This document shows positions 53,644-62,445 of a DNA stretch of 64,000 nt, piece by piece. The notes under the pieces were generated by a model, which ran no database searches, was not told where the DNA came from, and saw nothing but the letters and a program-made list of their open reading frames with translations. Made by a program: the position numbers and the translations under genes. Every line of letters begins with the position of its first letter. Positions within the stretch are counted from its first letter, which is position 1. The stretch comes from a phage, in sequence record PZ386972.1, one strand, 5' to 3'.

Positions 53644-54509
53644 TTATGAAAAAAGAATTTAATGTACATAAAACTCTAGTAGTGCCGGATGATGCCAACT
53701 TGTTTTTCGTTGGTGATATTCATGGATGCAACGATTTGCTAGAAGATGCGTTGAAATTAGCTGGGTATAATAGCAAAAAAGATTGCGTAGTATGTGTTGG
53801 TGATTTAATTGACCGAGGCACGCAAAACCTACAAGTTTTAGCCAAATTCCTGTATAATCCACGCTTTATCAGTGTCCGTGGTAATCATGACCAATTTATG
53901 ATTGTGGGAGATTGGGCTAATTGGATGTATAATGGCGGTATGTGGGCCATGAATGAACTAGATGCAGACACCATTAAAAATATTGCCGAAGATATGGCTG
54001 AAAAAATGCCAGTATTCCTAACTGTTAGACATCGTGGTAAGAAGTTTGGTGTTGTTCATGGTGGTGTACCTTTTACATACAAAGAATGTGGTAATGAAGT
54101 AGAAACCCCAGTATGGGATAATCTTATTGCACAAGTAGAAGCAACTAAGGAAGACCCACATGACCATCCGGGATACCATGTTGAACCATATTTATGGGAT
54201 CGAGATGTAATCCAAGAAATAGGCTTCTACTTGTCCAAAAATGGTGAGGAACACCCATATTTCCAGCGTTATGCAGGATTTAAAGAAAAATACATGGTAG
54301 AAGTGCCAGAAGTTAAAGGGGTAGATTTCGTATTTCACGGGCATACTGGGGTCCCTTACCCGCTTCTTTATAAAAACCGTGTTTATCTTGATACTGGCGG
54401 TGTTTTCAACGGGCAGTTGACGGTTGCGCAGGTTAATGATGAAACGGGCAAAATCACCACATTTACTACACTCCGGGAAGATAGCTGTGGTGTACAGAGG
54501 ATTCTTTAA
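53634..54509 (+). CDS. Ser/Thr protein phosphatase (PPP-family metallophosphatase)
   Basis: 291 aa; GDIHG...GDLIDRG...RGNHD signature. Confidence 0.7.
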   Translation: MGIIMKKEFNVHKTLVVPDDANLFFVGDIHGCNDLLEDALKLAGYNSKKDCVVCVGDLIDRGTQNLQVLAKFLYNPRFISVRGNHDQFMIVGDWANWMYNGGMWAMNELDADTIKNIAEDMAEKMPVFLTVRHRGKKFGVVHGGVPFTYKECGNEVETPVWDNLIAQVEATKEDPHDHPGYHVEPYLWDRDVIQEIGFYLSKNGEEHPYFQRYAGFKEKYMVEVPEVKGVDFVFHGHTGVPYPLLYKNRVYLDTGGVFNGQLTVAQVNDETGKITTFTTLREDSCGVQRIL

Positions 54510-54808
54510 TGAATGATAGAATGAAAGAAGTACGAGAAGAATTACGAGCAATGCGTATTGATGCCCTTCGTTGGAGGGCATTAGTTAATGCTTTCGTCAA
54601 AGGAGATACTGGGGTAATATATTCTGGGATAGCAGTCAATTTTTGTTTTAATTCTCCTACTGAAATAGAGGTAGAAACAAGGCTTACTACCTATCTTAAT
54701 GAGGTAGACCTTAAGGAAGGAGAGACTTCCGAGGAGTTTAAAACCAAAGTGTTAACCTCTTGGGTTGATAGTTTAATACAGAATAAGGAAAAGAGTAATG
54801 AAAGTTAA
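54509..54808 (+). CDS. hypothetical protein (99 aa)
   Basis: ORF track. Confidence 0.4.
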   Translation: MNDRMKEVREELRAMRIDALRWRALVNAFVKGDTGVIYSGIAVNFCFNSPTEIEVETRLTTYLNEVDLKEGETSEEFKTKVLTSWVDSLIQNKEKSNES

Positions 54809-55388
54809 ATTCTGGTCAGACTTGCACCTAGACCACCCTGGAGCGTTACGTTTCCGTCCGTGGTTTAAGAACATGAAGGAGCACGATGAGTATATTCTAG
54901 ACACTTTGTCCAAGCATATTGGTAAACGAACAAAACTTATTTTGCTAGGGGATATTGCAGTAGGTCGTGAAGGTCTGGCCAAATTAAAGTCGGTTATCCA
55001 CAATGTTCCTAACCAACTTATAATGGGCAACCACGATGCGGAACGTCAAGGACTGAGTATTAGGGACTTAGCAGAAGTTTATGACGATATTCAGGCTCTA
55101 GGTAAACAGACTGGAGGCGGCAAAAAGTTTTGGCTATCTCACTGCCCTTTGCACCATAATGAACTTCGTGGCAAACTAAATATTCACGGACACGTACATA
55201 CTACTTCTCTACGTGATCCACGTTATATCAATGTCTCATTTGAAATGAGTAAAACTCCAATTCCACTAGAAGATATTGTGTCTGGTAAGTTTACTAGTTA
55301 TGATAGAGTAGTTAATTGTACTACCGGCGAGGTATTACAAATAGGGGAAGACGTAGCTGCTGTATTGCGTGGTGATATAAATGTCTGA
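54798..55388 (+). CDS. calcineurin-like metallophosphoesterase
   Basis: 196 aa; SDLHLDHP, LLGDIAVGREG, MGNHD, GHVH motifs. Confidence 0.6.
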   Translation: MKVKFWSDLHLDHPGALRFRPWFKNMKEHDEYILDTLSKHIGKRTKLILLGDIAVGREGLAKLKSVIHNVPNQLIMGNHDAERQGLSIRDLAEVYDDIQALGKQTGGGKKFWLSHCPLHHNELRGKLNIHGHVHTTSLRDPRYINVSFEMSKTPIPLEDIVSGKFTSYDRVVNCTTGEVLQIGEDVAAVLRGDINV

Positions 55389-55496
55389 GTATATAGCTGA
55401 GGCTATTATTAAACGAATTATACAAGCGGTAGCAATACTTATAATCATTTGTATTGCTATTGGCACAGGATTAGGCATTTTAATTAAAAGTTTTAT

Positions 55497-55525
55497 TTGC
55501 TAAAATGCTTAAGTTTCTGTATAAT
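55497..55525 (+). promoter_or_regulatory. early promoter overlapping the end of a 39-aa hydrophobic mini-ORF (55384..55503)
   Basis: TTGCTA 55497-55502, TATAAT 55520-55525. Confidence 0.55.
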
Positions 55526-55555
55526 TACTTTATAAATTGATGAGAAGGAATCAAA

Positions 55556-55984
55556 ATGAACAAAGTTGATAAAGCTCTAGTTTTCGCAGCAGCAGATAAG
55601 TTTGAACAAGTTAAGGCAACTTTCCGAACCTTGTTCCAGTCTTACGTTCAGGATAAGTCTAACCCTATCTCTGAACGTTTGATGGTCTGGGAATGTTACG
55701 CAACTGATGCCCTATTAATGGCAGATTACAGAGGTGAGGCAGACGAAGAGATCGAAGAACTCTTTGCTGAAGAAGCACCACGTTACCAGGCAGTTTATTT
55801 CCAGGATCTAGCTGAACGCATCATTCCTGATGATCTTTGGGACAAATACTATGGCAATCCTGAAGATGATGGAATGACACCAGAAGCGTGTATTGAGCTG
55901 ATCTGCAAAGATCATCCTGAAATCGCAGAAAAATTTGAGCAAGTATTGGCTTCTGAGTTTTCAGGTTTCGTTAACGATTGGTAA
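55556..55984 (+). CDS. hypothetical acidic protein (142 aa)
   Basis: ORF track; GAAGGAA RBS. Confidence 0.45.
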   Translation: MNKVDKALVFAAADKFEQVKATFRTLFQSYVQDKSNPISERLMVWECYATDALLMADYRGEADEEIEELFAEEAPRYQAVYFQDLAERIIPDDLWDKYYGNPEDDGMTPEACIELICKDHPEIAEKFEQVLASEFSGFVNDW

Positions 55985-56001
55985 GTAATTAAAAAATTCA
56001 G

Positions 56002-56030
56002 TTGCTTTAAGCCTTAAAATTCTGTATAAT
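56002..56030 (+). promoter_or_regulatory. early promoter
   Basis: TTGCTT 56002-56007, TATAAT 56025-56030. Confidence 0.6.
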
Positions 56031-56062
56031 AAGTTCATAAATTAATGAGAGAGGAAATTCTA

Positions 56063-56314
56063 ATGGAAAACATGACTAAAAATGAAATGGCTAACGTTCT
56101 GGCAATTCTCCTCGACATGCAGGGTTTTGAGGGCCAGCTCATGAAGATGTCTATTCCGGCAATGAAAAAGATGTATGATTCCCTGAATAAGAATGCTATG
56201 GCGTTCAACCTCGCAAAACAGGAAGCACGTTTTGCGAAAGAACATCAGGCGACTGCCGAACGCCGTGCAGCATCTTTTGAGCGTGAAGTTAAGCAACTGA
56301 AAGGTAAGAAATAA
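56063..56314 (+). CDS. hypothetical protein (83 aa)
   Basis: ORF track 56045..56314, start moved to ATG 56063. Confidence 0.4.
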   Translation: MENMTKNEMANVLAILLDMQGFEGQLMKMSIPAMKKMYDSLNKNAMAFNLAKQEARFAKEHQATAERRAASFEREVKQLKGKK

Positions 56315-56478
56315 TGGAAAGAGTATCAATTTCAATACTGTCATTCCTTATAGGAGTACTAATATATAATATGGTTGCTCTTAACATACACTTAACTGAA
56401 GTAGACAAGTCTCTTCATGAGCTAAATGTAGAGATTTGCAAAGTAACTCCAAATAACGAAAAATGTAAGGGTATTTAA
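56314..56478 (+). CDS. hypothetical small membrane protein (54 aa), below the ORF-track cutoff
   Basis: Overlapping start and stop with neighbours; hydrophobic N-terminus. Confidence 0.3.
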   Translation: MERVSISILSFLIGVLIYNMVALNIHLTEVDKSLHELNVEICKVTPNNEKCKGI

Positions 56479-56759
56479 TGTTAATTGAAATTCTTATTGG
56501 ACTGCTAGTGCTTATGACACTAGCAGCGATTGGTGGAATTATTGGTATTGTAAGCATACGAAAAAATATGGAAGGTATGCTCATTACTAACAGCGGATTG
56601 CACCACCGTTTACTAGAGCAAGAACAAGATATTGAACTGGCCCAAAGACGCTCAGATATTCTTAAAGAAAAGTTAAATAATATTGAAGTAATAGTTGGAA
56701 ATAATAAATTACCTGCTAAAGTAATGCGTGCGCAGATAATTACGGAGATTAAAAAATGA
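56478..56759 (+). CDS. hypothetical membrane protein (93 aa)
   Basis: ORF track; N-terminal TM. Confidence 0.4.
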   Translation: MLIEILIGLLVLMTLAAIGGIIGIVSIRKNMEGMLITNSGLHHRLLEQEQDIELAQRRSDILKEKLNNIEVIVGNNKLPAKVMRAQIITEIKK

Positions 56760-57001
56760 TGATGTTTATTCTCGCATTTTATTTAGTTGTGGTTGGTGTA
56801 CTAGTTACTAAATACCACACATGGACACCAAAGAATGTAGCTAAGGTAGCTTTATTTGTTATTCCAGTACCTTTTATTATCTTCTCTATGTTACTGGTAA
56901 TGCTAATTGGTAAAGTAACAAAAACCGATGTTAAACGTATTGCTGATGAATTGCAACAGTCTTGTGATATGGTAGAGGATATTATTAAAGATGAAGCTTA
57001 A
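56756..57001 (+). CDS. hypothetical membrane protein (81 aa)
   Basis: ORF track; two hydrophobic segments. Confidence 0.4.
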   Translation: MMMFILAFYLVVVGVLVTKYHTWTPKNVAKVALFVIPVPFIIFSMLLVMLIGKVTKTDVKRIADELQQSCDMVEDIIKDEA

Positions 57002-57317
57002 TTTTAATGAATTAAATACCTTACATGAGATATTACAGTTTGTGAATAATAATATTAGTATTCCGGATGATACAGTAGAAGTTCTCAAGATAATTGAGAA
57101 AAAAGTAGGAATTGAGATTGAGGACTCCTGGAAGCCACTTTCTGTATTAACACCTCTTAATATGAAAGTGATAGTTAAAAATATTGATACTGGTGAAGAA
57201 TGTGAAATGATTCGTAAAGAACTAGCTGATAGCTATTCACCAAAGTCTGTAGTAATGTACCATGATGATACCGCTAAGATTCTACAGACAGCTAATTACG
57301 TATGGCGTCTCCCATGA
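56991..57317 (+). CDS. hypothetical protein (108 aa)
   Basis: ORF track. Confidence 0.4.
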   Translation: MKLNFNELNTLHEILQFVNNNISIPDDTVEVLKIIEKKVGIEIEDSWKPLSVLTPLNMKVIVKNIDTGEECEMIRKELADSYSPKSVVMYHDDTAKILQTANYVWRLP

Positions 57318-57416
57318 TTGATTTAGTACCAATTACTGCGGGGCTAATAGCACTATTAGTGCTCGCAGTTTTTATTATTGTGGAGCAGGCCAAAGTAATA
57401 AGGAGACTTAAAAACA

Positions 57417-57617
57417 ATGATTGATTTTTATAACCCTAACATTCCCACAGCAGCAACAGAGTATTGTGTATTGCTCCCTTTTGCCGCTCTGTTAGCAGCA
57501 CTCTTTAATATAGTTTTTAAAACAATAGGTCTAGATGTTCCTCCATATTATATTTCTGACCTCATTCCTTATATGTATGAGATGCTTCCAGTAGCGTTTA
57601 ATGGAGTTCGTAAATGA
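57417..57617 (+). CDS. hypothetical protein (66 aa)
   Basis: ORF track. Confidence 0.35.
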   Translation: MIDFYNPNIPTAATEYCVLLPFAALLAALFNIVFKTIGLDVPPYYISDLIPYMYEMLPVAFNGVRK

Positions 57618-58075
57618 CAGCACTACAACAACTACAGAATTACTGGTTTGATAATCAATTTAACGATCTCTTTATCCAGTTATTTGTCGAAACGAACGGA
57701 CGCTTCAACTACCGATTCTTTAATAAGTTTCACGAAACAAAATTCTCTCATACAGAAATTAATGCAGCGATCCAAGACCTAACGGGTTCTAAAGTAATTC
57801 AGTATCGTGAAGTAGACTTCACACCAGATTGTTTTGGGTTTGAATTGTTTAAGAAAGCGTATAAATTTGGTAAGTTTGAGGATGCTCGTCAATGGGTTCA
57901 CGATTTCTGGTACAACACTGATATTGTTCCTAGTCGTGTACTGATTCTTAACTGGATTGCTAAACAACATCCACCTAAAATGCAGTCATCCTTCTTACCA
58001 ACTGACACAGGAAACCTCTACCATGACAGAAAAGAAAAATCCATTGCTGGAGCAGATGAAGGAATGGGAGAGTAA
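57614..58075 (+). CDS. hypothetical protein (153 aa)
   Basis: ORF track. Confidence 0.45.
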   Translation: MTALQQLQNYWFDNQFNDLFIQLFVETNGRFNYRFFNKFHETKFSHTEINAAIQDLTGSKVIQYREVDFTPDCFGFELFKKAYKFGKFEDARQWVHDFWYNTDIVPSRVLILNWIAKQHPPKMQSSFLPTDTGNLYHDRKEKSIAGADEGMGE

Positions 58076-58394
58076 TATTGAATCTGGTCTAGTAGACGGA
58101 GAAGATATTGTTAACTCTATGCTAGAAATAACAATAGATAATGTTAACCCTATCTTGGCCAGTGAAACCTCAGATCTTATAGGACTTTCTAGTACTTTCG
58201 ATTCTTTAGCTAAATTAGCTTTAGATAATGAAGAGATAACCAAAGAAGATCTCGCCTCAGCTATGAATATGGCTATTAACGCTTACATTGGCAAACGTAC
58301 CGATGAACTTGACAAACAAATCAAAAAGCGTGATACAACGTTAAATCTTATGGAAACGGCCACTATTTTAAGAAGTGGTAAACAACTTCATTAA
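58023..58394 (+). CDS. hypothetical protein (123 aa)
   Basis: ORF track 57957..58394, start moved to internal ATG 58023. Confidence 0.4.
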   Translation: MTEKKNPLLEQMKEWESNIESGLVDGEDIVNSMLEITIDNVNPILASETSDLIGLSSTFDSLAKLALDNEEITKEDLASAMNMAINAYIGKRTDELDKQIKKRDTTLNLMETATILRSGKQLH

Positions 58395-58401
58395 TTTTAG
58401 A

Positions 58402-58430
58402 GGCCAGGACTTAATTGTTCTGGCCTTTTG
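58402..58430 (+). terminator. rho-independent terminator
   Basis: Stem GGCCAG/CTGGCC followed by TTTTG. Confidence 0.55.
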
Positions 58431-58448
58431 TGTTTCAAGGAACTTCAA

Positions 58449-58652
58449 ATGCAAGTATATGTCCTTACTAGAGATATAAATGAGTATAATCAGGATGGTG
58501 AGTATTTTGTAAAAGTATTCGCTGAAAAGCCAAGTAAACAACAATTATTAGATGCTGGAGTACCAGAAGACCAGGCTAAGTGTATACTACAAGATAAAGA
58601 GTTTACTGGTGATGCTTACGAATGTTTCTACCTTAGCTGTGAGAATATCTAA
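58449..58652 (+). CDS. hypothetical protein (67 aa)
   Basis: ORF track 58428..58652, start moved to ATG 58449 after AAGGA. Confidence 0.4.
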   Translation: MQVYVLTRDINEYNQDGEYFVKVFAEKPSKQQLLDAGVPEDQAKCILQDKEFTGDAYECFYLSCENI

Positions 58653-58653
58653 T

Positions 58654-59094
58654 ATGAGAGAAAAAGTAAATGAATTACTAATCAAGGAAGCTAACAACTT
58701 TCCAATAAATAGATTCATCAAATCGGATGGATCTATTAATAGAACTAAGATTAAGCAGCTACATCCCGACTTTCAACAAGAAGCACTAAACCTTATATTT
58801 ATCAAGAAAGCTGTTGCAGCTCATGGAGCTTTCTTTGGGTATGAGCGTGTAAATTACAAAACAATGCAACAGCAAGTAGAAATCTATTGTCCAGATCATG
58901 AAGGATATTACTGGCAAACTGCTAGATCTCATTTAGAAGGGCACGGTTGTCGACTGTGTGCACACAAGGTTGTGCAGCGTGTCACGGATTATGGAACTTA
59001 TACCGTACCAGCATGTTATCATAAATTTGTAATTGACGATAATCACATAGTTTGGTATAATAAGTTTTCAAAGTTAAGAATGGAGATAAAATAA
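58654..59094 (+). CDS. hypothetical Cys/His-containing protein (146 aa)
   Basis: ORF track 58552..59094, start moved to ATG 58654; CPDHEGYYW...GHGCRLCAH. Confidence 0.4.
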   Translation: MREKVNELLIKEANNFPINRFIKSDGSINRTKIKQLHPDFQQEALNLIFIKKAVAAHGAFFGYERVNYKTMQQQVEIYCPDHEGYYWQTARSHLEGHGCRLCAHKVVQRVTDYGTYTVPACYHKFVIDDNHIVWYNKFSKLRMEIK

Positions 59095-59279
59095 TGGAAA
59101 CTCTTTTTATTTTAATGCTAGTAGGTTCCTTGCTAGTTATACTAGCACTTCTATTTATTTGCAGTCTTCTTAATAAAGAGAACCTAGAGTTAAAGTGTGA
59201 GAACCAAATCCTTAATCGTGAACTTGAACAATATAACCTAGCAGCCCATAAACTGTTAGACAAACTGGAGAATAAATAA
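59094..59279 (+). CDS. hypothetical small membrane protein (61 aa)
   Basis: ORF track; N-terminal TM. Confidence 0.4.
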   Translation: METLFILMLVGSLLVILALLFICSLLNKENLELKCENQILNRELEQYNLAAHKLLDKLENK

Positions 59280-59884
59280 TGACTTTTAATGCACAACAAT
59301 CTATTCAAGTAGTACCGGATCATGAATTGAATACGTGGGATTATAGCTTTAAAGATTTAACTGCTACTGTACAATTCAAATCTATGAAGCTAACATTTGC
59401 ACACGCTGACATTAGCGCCTGTAAAGATCTTGAAAGTAAGCTCGAAGATGCTCGTAAGATTTTTGGTACGGCTCGCATCCCCGCTGATAACCTGATTAAT
59501 GCACTGATCGATGCAGGGTACAAACTCGTGAAGACCGAGGTGAACCGCCCTAGTACTCCAGTGACTATTAGAGATCCGTGGCAATCAGGGTCAATCGCAC
59601 TGTTAAATAAATCATCGGATTTGCACAATATTCCATGCGGTGGTACGCTGTCATCTAACCAATCCTATCGAGTTGGGGAAGATTATGGCCCTTCTGTACA
59701 GTTGAAACATACTCAAGAAGCTTTTGAATCTGATATGCGAAGCGTAGCACCTGCGGATGCTGGAGTTTCTAGGAGTTCTGTTTGTACTATTCATTTTAAT
59801 AATCCTGGTAAACATGGAAGTTTAGAGGATGCTATTATGGAGGCGTTGGGAGCTGCTATTAACGAGAGTAAAAAAGATCAATAA
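59279..59884 (+). CDS. hypothetical protein (201 aa)
   Basis: ORF track. Confidence 0.45.
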   Translation: MTFNAQQSIQVVPDHELNTWDYSFKDLTATVQFKSMKLTFAHADISACKDLESKLEDARKIFGTARIPADNLINALIDAGYKLVKTEVNRPSTPVTIRDPWQSGSIALLNKSSDLHNIPCGGTLSSNQSYRVGEDYGPSVQLKHTQEAFESDMRSVAPADAGVSRSSVCTIHFNNPGKHGSLEDAIMEALGAAINESKKDQ

Positions 59885-59903
59885 AGATCGTTAACTAATT
59901 TAT

Positions 59904-59929
59904 AGGTCTACGCCTCTCCAGACCTTTTA
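59904..59929 (+). terminator. rho-independent terminator
   Basis: Stem GGTCT/AGACC followed by TTTTATT. Confidence 0.5.
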
Positions 59930-59956
59930 TTAGGGGAGGCACATTAGGAGAATAAT

Positions 59957-60340
59957 ATGTTACATTACACAATCGCATTAAATCGTCAAATAACTAGTCA
60001 AACTCGTGTTATCATTCGTGAGCTGGATGCAAATAGAGTCCATCCAGAAGAGGAGGGAATAATCATAGAAGTATCTTTAGTTACTAATGGAGTGGATGAA
60101 GTAATCTATGAATCTCAAGCCTTAGCTGTACATCAGGTTGAAGATGCAAAAAAGATCCTAGAGATTTTGGTAGAAGAAATCATAAAGCTCAAACCTAATC
60201 GTAAGATCTTCAAAGAGTCTTTTATTAATGAACTGCGTTATATCCAGAATACTGCTGATTACTTAAGTTTTGAGTTCTTTACTGCTCACTACAATTCACT
60301 AGAAGATTTCTATCCGGCAGACAAAGTTCAGGAGGCTTAA
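59957..60340 (+). CDS. hypothetical protein (127 aa)
   Basis: ORF track; GGGGAGG RBS. Confidence 0.45.
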   Translation: MLHYTIALNRQITSQTRVIIRELDANRVHPEEEGIIIEVSLVTNGVDEVIYESQALAVHQVEDAKKILEILVEEIIKLKPNRKIFKESFINELRYIQNTADYLSFEFFTAHYNSLEDFYPADKVQEA

Positions 60341-60341
60341 T

Positions 60342-61073
60342 ATGAGTATTAGTGAGAATTTAAAGACTATTATTAAGCTGGCTAAGAATGCAGACGGCAA
60401 ATGTGTTTCTGAACTAACTCCTGATGAAGCTCATGCAGTAGCATTCTGTTCTGAGTTTCATCCCGCAGCTTATACAGAAGCTGGAATTGTTAAATATAAT
60501 AAAGAAGAAAAATTCGTAACTCTATCTCCTTCTTATATTGCAATGAGAAAGATCATCAATTCTGTTGGTGATAAGATTGTAGGGTTCAAGGCAGATTCAT
60601 ATCATGTCTTTGCAGATCAGGAACTTCCAGTATTTAAAGAAGGAAATGTTAGAGTTGCACTAGAATTATATCCCGAGGAAAAGTTCATTCCACCTAAACG
60701 TTGTGAATATGATCATCTTCCTAGACTCCAAAGAAAAGATACTGGATTCCCTTATACAAAAGATGAAGTGTTGCTAGGGATTGCTTCTACGATTGCGCAG
60801 GTTCATCTATGTCTCGAAAAGAACCTAGAGATGCCATTAATCTTACAGTCTGCACATAAAGCAATGTTAAATGACTGGGATCAATTCTTTAAGATTATAG
60901 GAGCTGTCGGATTAGCACGTTTACTTCCTGCATTTGAGAACTCTGAAGTATTTGGCGAAGGTTCTTTCGGAACTGTAGATTATGATGCGCTAAAATCCCC
61001 ACACTCCTATCTTGCAACTTTTCTCTTCATGGTCTCGAAGGGTATCGTTCTCAAATACAAGCGGAAGGAATAA
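60342..61073 (+). CDS. hypothetical protein (243 aa)
   Basis: ORF track; last plus-strand gene before the repeat region. Confidence 0.5.
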   Translation: MSISENLKTIIKLAKNADGKCVSELTPDEAHAVAFCSEFHPAAYTEAGIVKYNKEEKFVTLSPSYIAMRKIINSVGDKIVGFKADSYHVFADQELPVFKEGNVRVALELYPEEKFIPPKRCEYDHLPRLQRKDTGFPYTKDEVLLGIASTIAQVHLCLEKNLEMPLILQSAHKAMLNDWDQFFKIIGAVGLARLLPAFENSEVFGEGSFGTVDYDALKSPHSYLATFLFMVSKGIVLKYKRKE

Positions 61074-61090
61074 ACGTTAACAAAATCTTC

Positions 61091-61120
61091 TTGACAACTC
61101 ATTAAGGTACATGTTATAAT
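61091..61120 (+). promoter_or_regulatory. consensus sigma70-type promoter (TTGACA, 18 bp, TATAAT) pointing into the repeat region
   Basis: -35 at 61091-61096, -10 at 61115-61120; no plus-strand ORF downstream. Confidence 0.5.
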
Positions 61121-61156
61121 AATCTCATAGATTAAAAACAACTTCTGTTTTTAGCT

Positions 61157-61438
61157 CTAGGCAACAAGATTATTGCTATCCCAACTCGAAGAGTACACCA
61201 GAGCCCCTGGCGCTAGGATGTATTCTGCAGCAGTTTTCACGGGATTAGCATACAGATCTTGAACGCCTAGAGCAGCAGACTTACGAGATTGGGGGATCTT
61301 ATATTTAAAATAAAAGTAAAACTTTTGACCACATAATTTACATTCAAGATGATACACCTGTTGCCGCTCATCTGCTAGGATGGCACAACACTTTCCTAGA
61401 AACTCCAGAGTTCTCACGAAATAATCACGAGATACCAC
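61157..61438 (-). CDS. hypothetical protein (93 aa)
   Basis: ORF track only; no promoter or RBS support found. Confidence 0.3.
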   Translation of the reverse strand: MVSRDYFVRTLEFLGKCCAILADERQQVYHLECKLCGQKFYFYFKYKIPQSRKSAALGVQDLYANPVKTAAEYILAPGALVYSSSWDSNNLVA

Positions 61439-61446
61439 TCTTTCTA

Positions 61447-61518
61447 GGGCGGTTCTCCTAAGTTTCTAGGAACATATACTAGGCGGTTTAATACAGGGCG
61501 GTTATTGGGAGGGCGGTT
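61447..61518. repeat. four direct copies of GGGCGGTT
   Basis: Copies at 61447, 61482 (GGCGGTT), 61496 and 61511. Confidence 0.7.
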
Positions 61519-61636
61519 ATTTCTAGGAGACATTTTTTGAAAACACATTTCCAGAAATTACTGTCGGATTTGCACATTGTGTTTCTAGAAATTTATGGTC
61601 GGATTTGCACAATCGCCTAAGTTTTTAGGAACATAT
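61456..61636. repeat. 22-bp direct repeat CCTAAGTTT(C/T)TAGGAACATATA, two copies
   Basis: Copies at 61456-61477 and 61615-61636, one mismatch. Confidence 0.7.
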
Positions 61637-62161
61637 AATCTCTTGAAAATGGCAGCATTATTTCGGGCCGAAGGCCCATGATTGCCTGAGTTTTTAGAGC
61701 CACAAGAATTTTCACTTGTCAAGCTATTTTGCCCCATTTTGCTAATAAAATTTTACTTTATCTGCACTTATCTCAAATTAACCCAAATCTTCTCAACTCT
61801 TCTCCAAAATCCCCGCAAATCAGGTGCTCCGCACCAAACATGCGCCCCTCCCGCAGTTCCCCCAAATTTCTCTCGCTCTCTCAACTTCTCCCCAAACTCA
61901 CACAATCACACACCCTCTAATCGAAGTCACAAAAATCTTGTCGGATTCGCACATCTTAATCCTAGAAAAACCATGTCGGATTTGCACATACCCCACAGGA
62001 TTCGAACGCAGTTCGTGATTGCTGGAGTTTTTAGGAAAATTCATTGTCGGATTTGCACACTATAAAAATTTTTCGGGTCGGATTTGCACACTACCAAAAA
62101 TTGTCGGATTTGCACATACACGCCCCCGCGTAATCCATGGGGGCAAATGTCGGTTTTGCAC
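61563..62161. repeat. eight direct copies of the 15-mer TGTCGGATTTGCACA, irregularly spaced
   Basis: Copies at 61563, 61597, 61939, 61974, 62044, 62075, 62101 and 62147; variants GGTCGG, GATTCG, GGTTTTG. Confidence 0.8.
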
Positions 62162-62167
62162 AAAAGC

Positions 62168-62185
62168 GCAGGGCAATTGCCCTGC
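62168..62185. repeat. perfect 18-bp palindrome GCAGGGCAATTGCCCTGC
   Basis: Self-complementary sequence read directly. Confidence 0.8.
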
Positions 62186-62191
62186 CCACCT

Positions 62192-62345
62192 GAATGCAAA
62201 TAAAAATGAGAATCGTTTGCATTTAAAAAGTGAAATGAGAATGATAATGATTCGCATTTAGAAAGTGAAATGATTCTCATTTAGAAAGTGGAATGATTCT
62301 CATTTAGATAGTGAAATACAAATGATAATGATTCGCATTTAAGAA
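62192..62345. repeat. array of AATGAGAAT / ATTCTCATT and AATGATAATGATT (Fur-box-like) palindromic repeats
   Basis: AATGATAATGATTCGCATTT twice (62242, 62320); GAAATGATTCTCATTTAGA twice; inverted partner AATGAGAATCG at 62205. Confidence 0.7.
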
Positions 62346-62372
62346 CGGAAGTGAGAAACACTATTATTTAAG

Positions 62373-62381
62373 TTATCCACA
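62373..62381. promoter_or_regulatory. perfect DnaA box TTATCCACA
   Basis: Exact 9-mer match. Confidence 0.6.
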
Positions 62382-62445
62382 GACTTATTAACAGCACGAT
62401 TTGACTTGACAGAATCCTAGCCATTTTGAGGCGTTATTAACAGAC

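Noticed and set aside
61563-62161. Possible CRISPR array suggested by the eight-fold repeated 15-mer
   Set aside because: The repeat is only 15 bp, spacing is highly irregular (26 to 342 bp), the intervening sequences are themselves repetitive or low-complexity, and no cas genes are present.
61682-62280. ORFs in the repeat region (61682..62065, 61729..61920, 61824..62018, 62019..62261, 62041..62280, 62060..62257)
   Set aside because: Mutually overlapping frames produced by repetitive C/T-rich DNA; proline/serine-rich low-complexity products; no RBS.
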